From Pseudomonadota bacterium (GTDB lineage: Bacteria > Pseudomonadota > Alphaproteobacteria > Sphingomonadales > Sphingomonadaceae): a DNA stretch of 64,000 nucleotides. A program made the position numbers and the translations under genes. This document shows, in pieces, positions 44,630-54,220 of the stretch. Numbering within the stretch: position 1 is the first letter of the stretch; each line of letters starts with the position of its first letter. The DNA is taken from contig JBEEOY010000114.1 in the NCBI GenBank assembly GCA_041191345.1, positions 2,143 to 66,142 on the forward strand, in the 5' to 3' direction. The notes beneath the pieces were generated by a model. It had not been told where the DNA came from, made no database searches, and was given only the letters and a program-made list of their open reading frames with translations.

Positions 44630-45603
44630 TCAAAAACAGGCAGGTTCTTCGACCGAAGCCAGTCTGAGTTATAGAGCGTCGAGAGATAACGGAAACCCGT
44701 ATCACACAAAATCGTCACAATTGTTTTGCCCGGTCCCAGCTGGCGGGCCAGCGCAACGGCCCCGGCAATGTTAATGCCGGATGACAGGCCCAGACACAGG
44801 CCTTCTTCGCGCAGCATGCGGGCAACCCAATACAGCCCCTCCTCATCCGAGATGCGGAACTGAGTATCAATAGGCGCCCCATCGAGATTGGCCGTAATCC
44901 GGCCTTGGCCAATGCCTTCAGCAACTGAGCTTCCCTCAGCCTTTAACTCGCCATTGGCATAATAATTATACAAGGCTGCGCCATGCGGATCTGTGAGCGC
45001 AATCACAATATCATCCCGATGCGCCTTCAGCCCCAAACCAACACCAGCAATCGTGCCGCCAGTGCCTGCAGCGCAGGTAAAGCCATCTACCTTACCTTCT
45101 GTCTGGGCCCAGATTTCCTCCGCTGTACCGATGATATGGGCCTTGCGGTTGGCAATATTGTCAAACTGGTTGGCCCAAATTGCGCCCTCCGTCTCCTCAG
45201 CAATGCGGCGCGACGTATGCACAAAATGGCCCGGATTGGAAAAAGGTGCAGGGGGCACCAAGACCAGCTCGGCCCCCAAGGCACGAAGCGTATCCATCTT
45301 TTCCCGACTTTGCGTGTCGGGCATGACGATAATCGTCTTATATCCCTTTGCATTGGCAACAAGGGCAAGGCCAATGCCGGTATTACCGGCCGTGCCTTCC
45401 ACAATTGTGCCGCCGGGCGACAGGGCACCGCGCGCCTCAGCATCTTCCACGATGAACAGCGCGGCGCGATCCTTCACCGAGGCGCCGGGATTCGCATATT
45501 CGCATTTTCCTAAAATGAGACAGCCCGTCTCCGACGACGGGCCTTCGAGTTTGACGAGCGGCGTGTTGCCGATCAGGGAGAGTGGATTGACAGCAAAAGA
45601 CAT
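44614..45603 (-). CDS. PLP-dependent cysteine synthase (CysK/CBS-like) family protein
   Basis: PLP lysine context NPGASVKDR. GTAGNTG, AAGTGGT. True start ATG 45603 (MSFAVNPLSLIGNTPLVKL); the ORF-track start at 45792 adds an AT-rich, non-coding-looking extension. Confidence 0.9.
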   Translation of the reverse strand: MSFAVNPLSLIGNTPLVKLEGPSSETGCLILGKCEYANPGASVKDRAALFIVEDAEARGALSPGGTIVEGTAGNTGIGLALVANAKGYKTIIVMPDTQSREKMDTLRALGAELVLVPPAPFSNPGHFVHTSRRIAEETEGAIWANQFDNIANRKAHIIGTAEEIWAQTEGKVDGFTCAAGTGGTIAGVGLGLKAHRDDIVIALTDPHGAALYNYYANGELKAEGSSVAEGIGQGRITANLDGAPIDTQFRISDEEGLYWVARMLREEGLCLGLSSGINIAGAVALARQLGPGKTIVTILCDTGFRYLSTLYNSDWLRSKNLPVFEWLKD

Positions 45604-45779
45604 AAGCGATCCGTAGCCTGATTGCCATGCGCGCGGCAAGCAAGTTGCACTTTTGTCGTTAATAGCAGAGGTGAGATGTGAGGACCGCAAAATGGATAGG
45701 TTTCCATAAATTAAGATACTGATCTTTAAATGGAAGCAGCCTAAGGTCTGGCACTGCACTTGGCATCTTTGGGGGGTGA

Positions 45780-46619
45780 ATGATTTCCTCACGCAATTAT
45801 GCGCCTTCAGCGCACCTGCTGCCCTTTATTCGGCGGCATTATATCGTGGAAGCCAAGCTTCCGGCTGATTTCTGCCATGAAGATTATCTCATGGCGGATA
45901 ATGGCTTTGTGCGGGTTATTTTGGCAGGCGAATGGGATTGGTGGCACCAAGACCAATGGGTTGCTGGGTCTGGCGCTTTGTTATTTGGCCCCAATGCGCA
46001 AATGCTGCGCATCCGCGTCCGAGGCCCAATATTTGTTGCCGGTTTTGCGATCCGCCCAAGCGCTTGGACCGCGCTCTTCACCCAAGCCGCAGCCAGCCAT
46101 GTTGATATGATCTCACCATTAGCGGATGCCTGGACACCTGATTTGGTAGCCAAGCTTATCAAGTCTTTGGATGCCGCCAAGCAGGATAAAGACCGTGTGG
46201 CCGCCTTAGAAGCCGCCGTCGAAACCCAATTGGCAAGCCTGAAGGGAAAAGGCGTTGACCCCCTGATTGCGACATTTGAGTCGATTGCGCGGCGCGACAG
46301 CACCACCCGCGTGGAAGAAGCGGCCCGGATATTGGGCCTTTCTCCCCGCCAATTGGAGCGACGCTGCCTTACTAGCTTTGGCTTGTCCCCCAAATCCGTT
46401 CTGCAGCGGTGCCGCTTTCTCGATATGGCCGCTGCTATGCGCGGTATTGGCAATGCGGATCAGGCCGAATTGGCGAGCTTACGCTATTTCGATCAATCGC
46501 ATCTCAACCGCGAGGTGCGGCGCTATGCAGGCATGACGCCCGGTGCTTTTCAAAAGGCGACGATGCCGCTGTTTACCGAAAGCCTAAAGTTACGCGAAGA
46601 GGGCAAAACACTGGCCTAG
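45780..46619 (+). CDS. AraC family transcriptional regulator
   Basis: 279 aa. C-terminal [33 protein letters not shown]...[19 protein letters not shown]. Confidence 0.85.
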   Translation: MISSRNYAPSAHLLPFIRRHYIVEAKLPADFCHEDYLMADNGFVRVILAGEWDWWHQDQWVAGSGALLFGPNAQMLRIRVRGPIFVAGFAIRPSAWTALFTQAAASHVDMISPLADAWTPDLVAKLIKSLDAAKQDKDRVAALEAAVETQLASLKGKGVDPLIATFESIARRDSTTRVEEAARILGLSPRQLERRCLTSFGLSPKSVLQRCRFLDMAAAMRGIGNADQAELASLRYFDQSHLNREVRRYAGMTPGAFQKATMPLFTESLKLREEGKTLA

Positions 46620-47680
46620 GCCAGAATTTGACCGTCTTTCACCATCATGCGCGTTGCTGCTGCTCCAGCCTCTTCGAACAGGCTGGGCTCTGTTCCCGTC
46701 ATCCAGACTTGCCCGCCATTGGCGGACAGGCGCGCAAACAGCGCCGCACGGCGGACAGGATCAAGATGCGCCGCCACTTCATCCAGCAGCAAGATTGGCG
46801 CGCGCCCCAGCCGTTCCGCCACCAACTCGGCATGCGCCAAGATAATGCCGAGCAAGAGCGCCTTTTGCTCACCCGTTGAGCACCGGGCGGCGGCCTGCGC
46901 TTTGCCCAAATGTGTGACAGCCAAGTCCATACGATGTGGGCCAAGCAAAGTCCGACCAGCGGCGGCATCGCGCGGGCGATGGCGGCGGAGTTGCTCTGCA
47001 AAATCGCCATCGATTTCCCCGCCGTCCAGCGCCAACCCGGCGCGGGCAAAGGGCCCTTCCGGCTGGTCCGCCAAGCGCGCGCCAAGCGCTGTCACCAATT
47101 GCTGCCGCGCCTCAGCCAGAGCCTGCCCATGAATGGCCATTTGCGCTTCCAGCGCCGTCAGCCATTCAGGATCTGCAGGGCGCTCATCGGCCAGCAACCG
47201 GTTACGTTGGCGCATTGCGGCCTCATAACGGCTGGCATGGCCGGCATGGCTGGGGACAAGTGCCAGCACCAGTCGGTCCAGAAAGCGCCGCCGCTCGCTG
47301 GCGCCTTCCAAGAATAATCGGTCCATTGCGGGGGTCAGCCACAAGGCAGACACCCATTCCGCCAAATCATTGGCGGCGGCGGCCGCGCCATTAATGCGCA
47401 CCAAGCGTCGTTCAGGCGCTTCGGCGCGTGTGCCAGTGCCCAATTCCACCTCACTCAGCCGCGCCGCCACGGCAAAGCCTCCAGCCCCGCCCTGACGAGC
47501 AATGTCTGATAGCGAGGCTCCGCGCAGCCCCCGCCCGGGGACGAGCAGCGAAACGGCCTCTAGGATATTGGTTTTACCTGCACCATTTTCCCCCGTCAGC
47601 ACAACAAGGCCCGGCCCAGGCGCCACCACGCAATCGGGATAGGATCGAAAATCAGTTAGGCTTAGGCGGGTGATCGTCAC
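46616..47680 (-). CDS. recF: DNA replication/repair protein RecF
   Basis: [12 protein letters not shown], Walker [14 protein letters not shown], signature [10 protein letters not shown], Walker [16 protein letters not shown] 47680 places the N-terminus at the family-typical position. The ORF-track TTG at 47716 overlaps the thiolase terminator. Confidence 0.9.
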   Translation of the reverse strand: MTITRLSLTDFRSYPDCVVAPGPGLVVLTGENGAGKTNILEAVSLLVPGRGLRGASLSDIARQGGAGGFAVAARLSEVELGTGTRAEAPERRLVRINGAAAAANDLAEWVSALWLTPAMDRLFLEGASERRRFLDRLVLALVPSHAGHASRYEAAMRQRNRLLADERPADPEWLTALEAQMAIHGQALAEARQQLVTALGARLADQPEGPFARAGLALDGGEIDGDFAEQLRRHRPRDAAAGRTLLGPHRMDLAVTHLGKAQAAARCSTGEQKALLLGIILAHAELVAERLGRAPILLLDEVAAHLDPVRRAALFARLSANGGQVWMTGTEPSLFEEAGAAATRMMVKDGQILA

Positions 47681-47707
47681 GCAAATGTCTCTAAGCGGCT
47701 CTGGCCG

Positions 47708-47748
47708 AAAAGACAAAGAGGCGGCTGCCTATTTGGGCAACCGCCTCT
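47708..47748 (-). terminator. rho-independent terminator after the thiolase gene
   Basis: Minus strand reads agaggcggttgcccaaataggcagccgcctctTTGTCTTTT. Confidence 0.5.
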
Positions 47749-47772
47749 CTTAATGTCCTGCAATTTAAGAAT

Positions 47773-48951
47773 TTAGAGGACTTCGAACAGCCCAGCCGCC
47801 CCCTGGCCGCCGCCAATGCACATGGTGATGACGACATATTTCGCGCCGCGGCGCTTGCCTTCAATCAACGCATGGCCAACCATGCGTGCGCCCGACATGC
47901 CATAAGGGTGGCCAATTGAAATCGCGCCGCCATTAACGTTCAAGCGGTCCATCGGAATGCCCAGCTTATCGGCGCAATAAAGCACCTGCACAGCAAAGGC
48001 TTCGTTCAATTCCCACAGGCCGATGTCATCCATCTTGAGGCCATAACGCTGCAGCAGCTTGGGGATGGCGTAAACCGGGCCAATGCCCATTTCATCTGGC
48101 TCAGTGCCCGCAACGGCCATGCCGACATAGCGACCCAACGGCGTCAGGCCCTTTTTGGCAGCAACTGATTCTTCCATCAGCACGCTGGCCGAAGACCCAT
48201 CAGACAACTGGCTGGCATTGCCCGCCGTGATGTGCATATCCGGCCCCAGAACCGGCTTCAGCATCTTCAGGCCCTCAAGCGTGGTGTCCGCGCGATTGCC
48301 TTCATCCTTGCTGAGCGTAATCTCCTTTTGCGAGACTTCGCCCGTTTCCTTGTTGGTCACGGCCATTGTGGCTGTGCAAGCGACAATCTCATCATCAAAC
48401 TTGCCAGCAGCCTGTGCCGCAGCGGTGCGCTGTTGCGATTGCAGGCCATATTCGTCTTGACGCTCACGGCTGATTTTATAGCGCGCTGCGACCACCTCAG
48501 CCGTCTGCAACATGGGCATGTAAATGTCCTTGTGCATCTTCAGCAGCTCAGGATCTGGGGCCACGCGCATTTCAGGCGTCTGGACCAAGCTGATCGATTC
48601 CACACCGCCGCCAACGCAAATGTCCATATTATCAACGATGATCTGCTTGGCTGCCGTGGCAATGGCCATCAAGCCAGACGAACATTGGCGATCAATTGTC
48701 ATACCCGGAACTGTGACCGGCAAACCCGCCCGCAGCAGCGCGGTGCGTGCCGTATTGCCTGCTTGGCTGCCCTGTTGCAGCGCCGAGCCCCAGCACAGAT
48801 CATCAACTTCGGCCGGATCAATGCCTGCGCGTTCGACAGCCGCGCGGATGGAATAGGCCGACAGCGTTGGCGACGGGGTGATGTTGAACGCCCCGCGATA
48901 GGCACGGCCAATCGGCGTGCGAGCGGTGGACACAATAACGGCACTACGCAT
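47773..48951 (-). CDS. acetyl-CoA C-acyltransferase (thiolase)
   Basis: 392 aa. Active-site Cys context [11 protein letters not shown]-terminus [15 protein letters not shown] and CIGGGQGAA. Confidence 0.95.
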   Translation of the reverse strand: MRSAVIVSTARTPIGRAYRGAFNITPSPTLSAYSIRAAVERAGIDPAEVDDLCWGSALQQGSQAGNTARTALLRAGLPVTVPGMTIDRQCSSGLMAIATAAKQIIVDNMDICVGGGVESISLVQTPEMRVAPDPELLKMHKDIYMPMLQTAEVVAARYKISRERQDEYGLQSQQRTAAAQAAGKFDDEIVACTATMAVTNKETGEVSQKEITLSKDEGNRADTTLEGLKMLKPVLGPDMHITAGNASQLSDGSSASVLMEESVAAKKGLTPLGRYVGMAVAGTEPDEMGIGPVYAIPKLLQRYGLKMDDIGLWELNEAFAVQVLYCADKLGIPMDRLNVNGGAISIGHPYGMSGARMVGHALIEGKRRGAKYVVITMCIGGGQGAAGLFEVL

Positions 48952-48988
48952 GGAATTCTCCTGATTGGGATTTTAACTTATCTGAACC

Positions 48989-49447
48989 TCAGACAAAAAA
49001 CTGGGTGATCCACTCAGCCATCAAGGCGGGCTTATCTTCGCCTTCAATTTCCAGCGTGAATTCCATTGTTTGCTGGAATTGGCCGGGGCGTTTTTCTTCG
49101 AGTGAAAGCATCTTAAAATGGCCGCGCACGCGCTTGCCAACCTTGACGGGCGCAATGAAGCGGGTTTTGTTGCCGCCATAATTTACGCCCATCTTGATCC
49201 CATCGAGGCGCGGCAGATCAGCTTGGGCAGTCAACACGGGCAGCAGCGACAGCGACAAAAATCCATGCGCAATCGGCCCGCCAAAGGGTGTCAGCTTGGC
49301 ACGTTCTGGATCAACATGGATGAATTGAAAGTCCCCGGTTGCTTCGGCAAACTTGTTCACGCGATCCTGATCGATCAGCATCCAGTCCGACGTTCCTACG
49401 TCTTTGCCAACAAGACCAAAAAGTTCCTCTTTGCTCACTACAGGCAT
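48989..49447 (-). CDS. MaoC-family (R)-specific enoyl-CoA hydratase / dehydratase
   Basis: 152 aa hot-dog fold. DFQFIHVDPERA, GGPIAHGFL. Confidence 0.88.
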   Translation of the reverse strand: MPVVSKEELFGLVGKDVGTSDWMLIDQDRVNKFAEATGDFQFIHVDPERAKLTPFGGPIAHGFLSLSLLPVLTAQADLPRLDGIKMGVNYGGNKTRFIAPVKVGKRVRGHFKMLSLEEKRPGQFQQTMEFTLEIEGEDKPALMAEWITQFFV

Positions 49448-49540
49448 AAGCTTTCCTCTCGCTAAAGGCGCGCAACATTATTACAGCGGCGCGAGTCCCA
49501 GTCGGGATTTAGGGCCTTCATTCGATTAGAGTCAAAAGCT

Positions 49541-52489
49541 ATGGATTCCGCAACGTCGCTCATGCGCAGCCTTCATAGAGCCGCTGAACCCGCGGTTCTT
49601 CAGCCTCTCATTGCCCGTGCTGCAGTGAACCCGGACGAGCGCAATCGCATTGTCGCGCGCGCCAGCGGGCTGCTGGCTGATTTGCGTCGGGCACAATCAA
49701 GCGGCTGGGTGAATCAATTCCTCAATGAATATCGGCTCAACACGCAAGAAGGCGTGGCGTTGCTCTCGCTTGCCGAGGCGTTTCTGCGTGTGCCCGATCC
49801 AGAAACCGCCGATGCGCTGATTGCCGATAAATTGGGCGATGCTGATTGGCGCGCACATAGCGGAAAATCACACTCCACACTTGTTAACTCAGCGACTTGG
49901 GGGCTTGTCATTGGCCGCGCGCTGGTAAGTGACAAGGAAGAAGCCGGCACGCTACGTCGCCTGATTGCCCGCGCGGGCGAGCCCTTTGTCCGTCAAGCGG
50001 TGGGCGCCGCCATGCGCATGATGGGCGAAATCTTTGTCATGGGCCGCACGATTGAAGAGGCCAGCGCGCGCATGGCGCGGCCCGAGCACAAAGGCTTTGT
50101 CGCCTCCTTTGATATGCTGGGTGAAGCCGCGCGCACCTTTGCCGATGGGGAACGCTATTTCGCCTCTTATCTCGATGCAATTGAACAAACGGGCGAAGGC
50201 CATAGCGTCTCCGTAAAGCTCTCGGCGCTCCATCCACGCTACGAAGTCGCGCATTGGGATCGGTGCGTGCCCATGTTGGGAGATCTGCTCGAAACGCTGT
50301 GCCTCGCTGCTGCCCGGCGCGGCATTGCGCTGACAGTAGATGCCGAGGAATCTGAACGGCTAGAAATGAGCCTCGACATTATTGCGCAAGCCGCCCGCCA
50401 CCCCGAATTGCGAGGCTGGGATGGGCTGGGCATGGCGGTGCAAGCCTATTCCAAGCGCGCGCCGGCAGTTATCCAATGGGCCGATGCCTTGGGCGCAGAA
50501 ACTGGCCGCCGTATGGCCGTGCGCTTGGTGAAGGGCGCCTATTGGGACAGCGAAATTAAGCGCACCCAAGAATGGGGGCTAGAGGAATATCCGCTGTTCA
50601 CCCGCAAGGCGGCAACGGATGTCAGCTGGCTGGCCTGCGCGCGCGACATGCTGCGCGCCAAGAATATTTACCCCGCTTTTGCAACGCATAATGCGCTCTC
50701 AGTCGCAGCGATCTTGGAATGGGCGGGCGACACGCGTGACTTTGAATTCCAGCGCCTACACGGGATGGGCGACGGGCTGTATGAAGATTTGGTCCAGCGC
50801 GAAGGCTATCACTGCCGCATTTATGCGCCCGTGGGGGGACATCGCGACTTGCTGGCTTATCTTGTGCGCCGCTTGTTGGAAAATGGCGCAAATAGCAGCT
50901 TTGTTCACCAATTGGCGGATGAGCATGTCAGTGATGAGGCTTTGCTGGCCGACCCAGTTGAAAAAGTCCGCGCCGTGGGCGGCCAACGCCATAGTTCTAT
51001 CCCCCTGCCCATTGATCTGTTTGGCGCGCGGCGCAACAGCATGGGCATTGATTTGCAAGACAAAGCCATTCTGGCGGATGTGGCGCGGGACATTGCTGCC
51101 ACCCCAGTTCCGGCTGAACCTCCGGCAGCCCCCGCCCATGCCGTAGAGACCGCCCTGTCCGGCTTTGCCACTTGGTCTGTCACACCGCTTGCCGCCCGCG
51201 CCGATGCGTTGGAACGGCTTGCTGATCTTTTGGAAGCAGAGCGCACGCCCTTGATGGCACTGCTGGTGAAAGAAGCGCACAAGACGCTGGGCGATGCCCT
51301 AGGCGAAGTGCGCGAGGCGGTGGACTTCTGCCGTTATTATGCTGATCAAGCACGTCATGGCTTAATGCCTGTCGAGTTGCCCGGACCAACCGGGGAGCGC
51401 AATGTGCTGCGCTATGAAGGCCGAGGCGCTTGGGTGTGCATCGCGCCGTGGAACTTCCCGTTGGCCATTTTCCTCGGCCAGATCGCGGCCGCTTTGGTGA
51501 CAGGCAATAGCGTCATCGCCAAGCCTGCTCCGCAAACGCCGCGCATTGCCGCTGCAGCCGTGCGGCTGGCCCATCAGGCGGGCATCCCGGCCGATGCGCT
51601 CATCCTTGCGCCCGGCGGGCCAGAGGTGGGGGCTGCGCTGACCAGCGATCCGCGCATTGCCGGTGTTGCTTTTACCGGCTCGACGGCCACAGCCAAACGC
51701 ATCGCGCGCGCGCTGTTGGAAGAGGATAACCGCCCGCTGATCCCGCTGATTGCAGAAACCGGCGGGATTAATGCGATGATTGTTGATTCCACGGCGCTGC
51801 CCGAACAAGTGGTGCAGGATGTTGTGATCTCTGCCTTCCGCTCGGCCGGCCAGCGCTGCTCGGCACTGCGATTGTTGTTGCTGCAAGAAGATATTGCCGA
51901 GCGGACGTTAGAGATGCTGCGCGGCGCGATGGATGCGCTGATTGTGGGGGATCCGGCAGACCCTGCAACAGATATTGGTCCCGTGATTGACCAAGCTGCC
52001 TATGACAGGTTGATGGCCTATCGCGACAGTCAAAAAGCGCGCTGGCTCCACAGCGTTGATGTGCCTGCACAGGGCCAGTTCGTCCCGCCCACAATTATCA
52101 ACTTGGCTGATATTGCGGACCTGAATTCTGAATGGTTCGGCCCGCTGCTTCATGTCGCGACATGGAAAGCAGGTGAGCTGACGGCCACACTTAATGCCGT
52201 CAATGCCAAAGGCTTTGGCCTCACTATGGGGCTGCACAGCCGCATTGCCCGCACAGCGGATGAAGTGGAAGGGGCAGCTAAGGTTGGCAATCTCTATGTC
52301 AATCGATCGATGATTGGAGCCATTGTCGGCAGCCAGCCATTTGGCGGAGAAGGCCTGTCGGGCACGGGTCCCAAGGCTGGCGGGCCAAATTATCTCCACC
52401 GCTTCTGTGCGGAGCGTGTGACGTCCACTGATACGACCAGCGCGGGCGGCAATGCCAGCCTCTTGTCGCTGGATGATGTGACGATCTGA
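49541..52489 (+). CDS. putA: bifunctional proline dehydrogenase / L-glutamate gamma-semialdehyde dehydrogenase PutA (no N-terminal RHH DNA-binding domain)
   Basis: 982 aa. PRODH region ASFDMLGEAART...VKGAYWD. ALDH region ETGGINAMIVD, catalytic Cys SAGQRCSALR. Confidence 0.93.
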   Translation: MDSATSLMRSLHRAAEPAVLQPLIARAAVNPDERNRIVARASGLLADLRRAQSSGWVNQFLNEYRLNTQEGVALLSLAEAFLRVPDPETADALIADKLGDADWRAHSGKSHSTLVNSATWGLVIGRALVSDKEEAGTLRRLIARAGEPFVRQAVGAAMRMMGEIFVMGRTIEEASARMARPEHKGFVASFDMLGEAARTFADGERYFASYLDAIEQTGEGHSVSVKLSALHPRYEVAHWDRCVPMLGDLLETLCLAAARRGIALTVDAEESERLEMSLDIIAQAARHPELRGWDGLGMAVQAYSKRAPAVIQWADALGAETGRRMAVRLVKGAYWDSEIKRTQEWGLEEYPLFTRKAATDVSWLACARDMLRAKNIYPAFATHNALSVAAILEWAGDTRDFEFQRLHGMGDGLYEDLVQREGYHCRIYAPVGGHRDLLAYLVRRLLENGANSSFVHQLADEHVSDEALLADPVEKVRAVGGQRHSSIPLPIDLFGARRNSMGIDLQDKAILADVARDIAATPVPAEPPAAPAHAVETALSGFATWSVTPLAARADALERLADLLEAERTPLMALLVKEAHKTLGDALGEVREAVDFCRYYADQARHGLMPVELPGPTGERNVLRYEGRGAWVCIAPWNFPLAIFLGQIAAALVTGNSVIAKPAPQTPRIAAAAVRLAHQAGIPADALILAPGGPEVGAALTSDPRIAGVAFTGSTATAKRIARALLEEDNRPLIPLIAETGGINAMIVDSTALPEQVVQDVVISAFRSAGQRCSALRLLLLQEDIAERTLEMLRGAMDALIVGDPADPATDIGPVIDQAAYDRLMAYRDSQKARWLHSVDVPAQGQFVPPTIINLADIADLNSEWFGPLLHVATWKAGELTATLNAVNAKGFGLTMGLHSRIARTADEVEGAAKVGNLYVNRSMIGAIVGSQPFGGEGLSGTGPKAGGPNYLHRFCAERVTSTDTTSAGGNASLLSLDDVTI

Positions 52490-52496
52490 GGCCCCC

Positions 52497-52874
52497 GTGC
52501 AGCGCCTAAAAGCCATTACGCAAAGCCTGAAGGTGGAAGCGCACACGGCATGGCTCTGCGCGCGTGACGAAAATGTGCCATGGCCAGTCCGCCTGTTCGG
52601 GCTGGCAATTGCTGCCTATGCCCTTTCGCCAATAGATTTAATCCCAGATTTCATTCCGGTATTGGGCCTATTGGATGAGGCGTTGCTCATTCCTGCCGCA
52701 CTGTGGCTGTTCCTAAAACTGGTGCCGGCAGATGTTTACGCGCGCAATAAGGCAATTGCTCATAAGGCCGCCCATCGCCCCATCAGTCGGGCTGGGGCAG
52801 CCGCCATTTTGAGTATCTGGCTAGTGGCAATTGGCGCGACAGCCATGCTCGTCCACCGCGCCTATCAGGTCTAA
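52497..52874 (+). CDS. YkvA/DUF1232 family membrane protein
   Basis: 125 aa. IAAYALSPIDLIPDFIPVLGLLDE. Confidence 0.85.
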   Translation: MQRLKAITQSLKVEAHTAWLCARDENVPWPVRLFGLAIAAYALSPIDLIPDFIPVLGLLDEALLIPAALWLFLKLVPADVYARNKAIAHKAAHRPISRAGAAAILSIWLVAIGATAMLVHRAYQV

Positions 52875-52883
52875 ACCTTCTGC

Positions 52884-54104
52884 TTAGCCGTTATGGCTGG
52901 CAATCCAGTTTTCAACCACTGGCGCAATATTGGTGCGCCATTTGCCGCCGTTGAAAATGCCATAATGGCCAACGCCTTCAGCGACATAATAATGCTTCAG
53001 CTTGGCGGGGAGCTTCGTCGCAATGTCAAGCGCGGCCTTGGTCTGGCCAATGCCCGAAATATCATCGCGTTCGCCCTCAATTGCGAGCAGACCCACTTTA
53101 GTGATCGCTGCTGGATCCACCAGACGGCCGCGGTGCATAAATTCTCCCTTGGGCAGCAGATGCCGCTGGAAAACTTCATCAATGGTCTGAAGATAGAATT
53201 CCGCCGTCATATCGCAGACTGCGCGATATTCATCATAGAATGATTTCGTGGCGTCGGCGCTTTCGTCATCACCTTCAACCAGATGTTTGAACATTTCCCA
53301 ATGGCTCATCAGGTGATTGCCAAGGTTCATGGCCATAAAGCCGGACAGTTGCAAAAAGCCGGGATAAACTTCGCGCCCGGCGCCGGGATAGCCCCGCGGC
53401 ACGCGCGCAATGACATTATGTTCAAACCAAGCAAAGGGCCGTTCCATTGCCAATTGGTTGACCGCCGTTGGCGCACGGCGTGTGTCCACGGGGCCGCCCA
53501 TCATGGTCAGCGTCTTTGGCAGGGCCGGGTGCTTATCTGCCGACATAAGCGCAATGGCCGCATAGACGGGCACGGAAGGTTGGCACACGGCCAGCACATG
53601 CGCGCCGGGGCCAATTACGTCCAGAAACTCAATCACATAATCAATATAATCATCTAGATCGAACCGTCCGTCCGACACGGGCACTGACCGCGCATCGCGC
53701 CAATCCGTGATATAGACTTCATGGCCCGGCAGCATCCGTTCCACTGTGCCGCGCAGCAGCGTGGCATAATGGCCCGACATAGGGGCAACAATCAGCAGCT
53801 TTGGGCTGGCTTCAACCCCTTCACGCACGAATTTCTTCAGTTGGCCAAAGGGCTTGCGGTGCACAATTTCTTCCGTCACGCGCACCGTGCGGCCATCGAC
53901 AATAGTGTGATCCAGGCCAAAAGCAGGCTTGCCGCGCGGGGCGGCGGCATGGGCAAAAACATCTAAGGCGGCGGCAAACATTGGCCCACCGCCCAAATAG
54001 CCAAAAGGATTGGCAGGATTGCCGAGCCATTCAGCCCCGGCGGCGGCCAAAGCGCTGGCACTGGCAAGCCAGGCGCGCTGCATTTCATAGGCGTTATAAA
54101 GCAT
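52884..54104 (-). CDS. phaZ: intracellular polyhydroxyalkanoate (PHB) depolymerase
   Basis: N-terminus MLYNAYEMQRAWL matches my recollection of PhaZ. 406 aa from ATG 54104; the ORF-track start at 54200 adds a Cys-rich extension. Confidence 0.85.
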   Translation of the reverse strand: MLYNAYEMQRAWLASASALAAAGAEWLGNPANPFGYLGGGPMFAAALDVFAHAAAPRGKPAFGLDHTIVDGRTVRVTEEIVHRKPFGQLKKFVREGVEASPKLLIVAPMSGHYATLLRGTVERMLPGHEVYITDWRDARSVPVSDGRFDLDDYIDYVIEFLDVIGPGAHVLAVCQPSVPVYAAIALMSADKHPALPKTLTMMGGPVDTRRAPTAVNQLAMERPFAWFEHNVIARVPRGYPGAGREVYPGFLQLSGFMAMNLGNHLMSHWEMFKHLVEGDDESADATKSFYDEYRAVCDMTAEFYLQTIDEVFQRHLLPKGEFMHRGRLVDPAAITKVGLLAIEGERDDISGIGQTKAALDIATKLPAKLKHYYVAEGVGHYGIFNGGKWRTNIAPVVENWIASHNG

Positions 54105-54144
54105 AGAGAGTTTGCCTTCCCCCAACGCATCGCCTTTGGACCAT

Positions 54145-54161
54145 TTGCACATTTTGTGCAA
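54145..54161. promoter_or_regulatory. operator-like palindrome TTGCAC-N5-GTGCAA (followed by TGC); copy 2 of 2
   Basis: Reads ccatTTGCACattttGTGCAAtgcac. Centre 49 nt upstream of the phaZ ATG and 68 nt upstream of the divergent ABC transporter ATG. Confidence 0.4.
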
Positions 54162-54220
54162 TGCACAATAAGTGCCAGGCTGGATTGAGATGCGCTGCAC
54201 ACACTGCTAGGCCCGCGGAC

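Noticed and set aside
45604-45779. AT-rich CysK-like / AraC divergent region with a TTCCAT...ATGGAA inverted repeat and TTAA-N11-TTAA, considered as a CtrA or AraC site.
   Set aside because: The inner arms pair poorly. CtrA boxes are TTAA-N7-TTAA, so the spacing is wrong. It is probably just promoter DNA.
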